IMG/VR virus record: IMGVR_UViG_3300011335_000591 | Span: 1 to 34,765 of that record | DNA: 34,765 nt | Direction: 5' to 3' (one strand) | Source: a virus | Taxonomy: Duplodnaviria > Caudoviricetes | In this document: piece after piece, positions 33,864 through 34,765 of the stretch | How positions within the stretch are numbered: the first letter of the stretch is position 1 | Layout of the letters: each line of letters begins with the position of its first letter | Program-made: the position numbers and the translations under genes | The notes under the pieces: generated by a model | Databases searched by the model: none | What the model saw: only the letters and a program-made list of their open reading frames with translations | Told to the model about the DNA's origin: nothing

Positions 33864-34156
33864 CAACTGGGTCAAAAGTTGTGTGCGTGGACGATAGATT
33901 TCCACCAGACATCATCGCCTACTACAACGCACTACCAATCAAGGATAGGCAGTACACCATCAGGGGCATAGGCATAGGGGTGGTGCTGAACGGAGAGGCA
34001 GGGGAAGTGGTGGTCTATTTAGAGGGCTTAAACAACCCCTGCTCAACGACCCCACCCCACCCGGAGCGAGGATTTGCACAGCATAGATTTCGAGAGATCG
34101 AACCAGCCCCAGCGGAGGAGGCAGAGATTGAGGAGCTTGAGGAGGCTCTAGTCTAG
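33860..34156 (+). CDS. Hypothetical protein
   Basis: GSKVVCVDD...YTIR...RFR pattern seen in small phage proteins. Confidence 0.6.
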   Translation: MTTGSKVVCVDDRFPPDIIAYYNALPIKDRQYTIRGIGIGVVLNGEAGEVVVYLEGLNNPCSTTPPHPERGFAQHRFREIEPAPAEEAEIEELEEALV

Positions 34157-34221
34157 CCCAAAAAACCAAGCCTTTTTAACCCACGAAACCACAACCACAA
34201 CCACAGAAAGACATCCTAAAA

Positions 34222-34695
34222 ATGAGCGAAAAACAAGTCGGAATGGAGCTACAAAAAACGGTGAGGCAGTTAGAAAAGGCCAAGGAAAATGCCATACAAC
34301 AGATGGGGGAGGCCATCGGACTAGCGGCAGACGCAGGGGACATCCTGCTATCGGCACGGACAGAGGGGCTAGACCTAGATGCCATCCAAGAGATCGCACA
34401 AATAAACGGTGAGCAGGCAAGGCGATATGAGCGTGTGGCCAAGGCAAGGCCATCCCTCCAAGCCCCTACCCCCGGTGGCCTCAAGCAGTTAGCCCTATGG
34501 ACTGGGCTACTACCAGACCCTATTGAGACCAGTAACCCCAAGGCCGAGCAGGCTTGGCATAGCTACATCATTAAGGCTAGGCAATGGCTAGCACGCAAGA
34601 GCATAACCCAATGGACACCAGCCCAACGCACCCAGTTCGTTGAGGAGGCAAGGCCAATAGTCGAGGCGTTCAAGGAGGCGGGGGGGGAGCTATGA
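34222..34695 (+). CDS. Hypothetical protein (DUF3102-like)
   Basis: AGDILLSAR...ARRY.RVA pattern. Confidence 0.55.
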   Translation: MSEKQVGMELQKTVRQLEKAKENAIQQMGEAIGLAADAGDILLSARTEGLDLDAIQEIAQINGEQARRYERVAKARPSLQAPTPGGLKQLALWTGLLPDPIETSNPKAEQAWHSYIIKARQWLARKSITQWTPAQRTQFVEEARPIVEAFKEAGGEL

Positions 34696-34755
34696 GAGGG
34701 GTATGCACAAGCACAAAAACTAGGAGGCTTCCAAACGCAAAAACCCCACCAAACA

Positions 34756-34765
34756 GGTTCCGAGG
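34756..34765. repeat. Right copy of 10-bp terminal direct repeat
   Basis: Identical to 1-10. Confidence 0.6.

Noticed and set aside
34190-34207. (ACCACA)x3 intergenic repeat
   Set aside because: Short low-complexity A/C-rich leader with no further support
50-34541. All minus-strand ORFs and alternative-frame plus ORFs in the track
   Set aside because: They overlap well-supported + strand genes, lack recognisable motifs and look like shadow frames

Overview
The window looks like an essentially complete ~34.8 kb genome of a tailed dsDNA phage (siphovirus-like, lambda-type packaging). Every credible gene is on the + strand, and the first and last 10 nt are identical (GGTTCCGAGG; candidate cos end). 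Gene order: ParB-DNA methyltransferase; TerS, HNH and TerL (GpA type); gpW-like; lambda-type portal with a ~400 aa multi-domain extension; protease/scaffold, decoration protein and major capsid; a six-gene cluster of glycosyltransferases and methyltransferases; head-tail, tail, chaperone (with -1 frameshift), short tape measure and fibre genes; holin, spanins and M15 endolysin; an early region (minimal ligase, nuclease, annealing protein, replication initiator with internal iterons, HTH proteins, Mom-like adenine-modifying enzyme, 3D-domain protein). No integrase or repressor was recognised. Spanin-like genes point to a Gram-negative host. The most striking observation is a 76-nt tRNA-Gly-like cloverleaf embedded in the 5' coding region of the Mom-like gene. 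It has a perfect glycine-identity acceptor stem and CCA but altered D-, T- and anticodon loops, and is a candidate dedicated glycyl donor and/or cis-regulator for DNA hypermodification. Other leads: a TTGACA-N13-17-ATG motif before late genes, ELA-delimited cargo domains on the portal behind an A9 slippery tract, and a putative virion glycosylation cassette. All assignments come from motif reading by eye; no searches were run.
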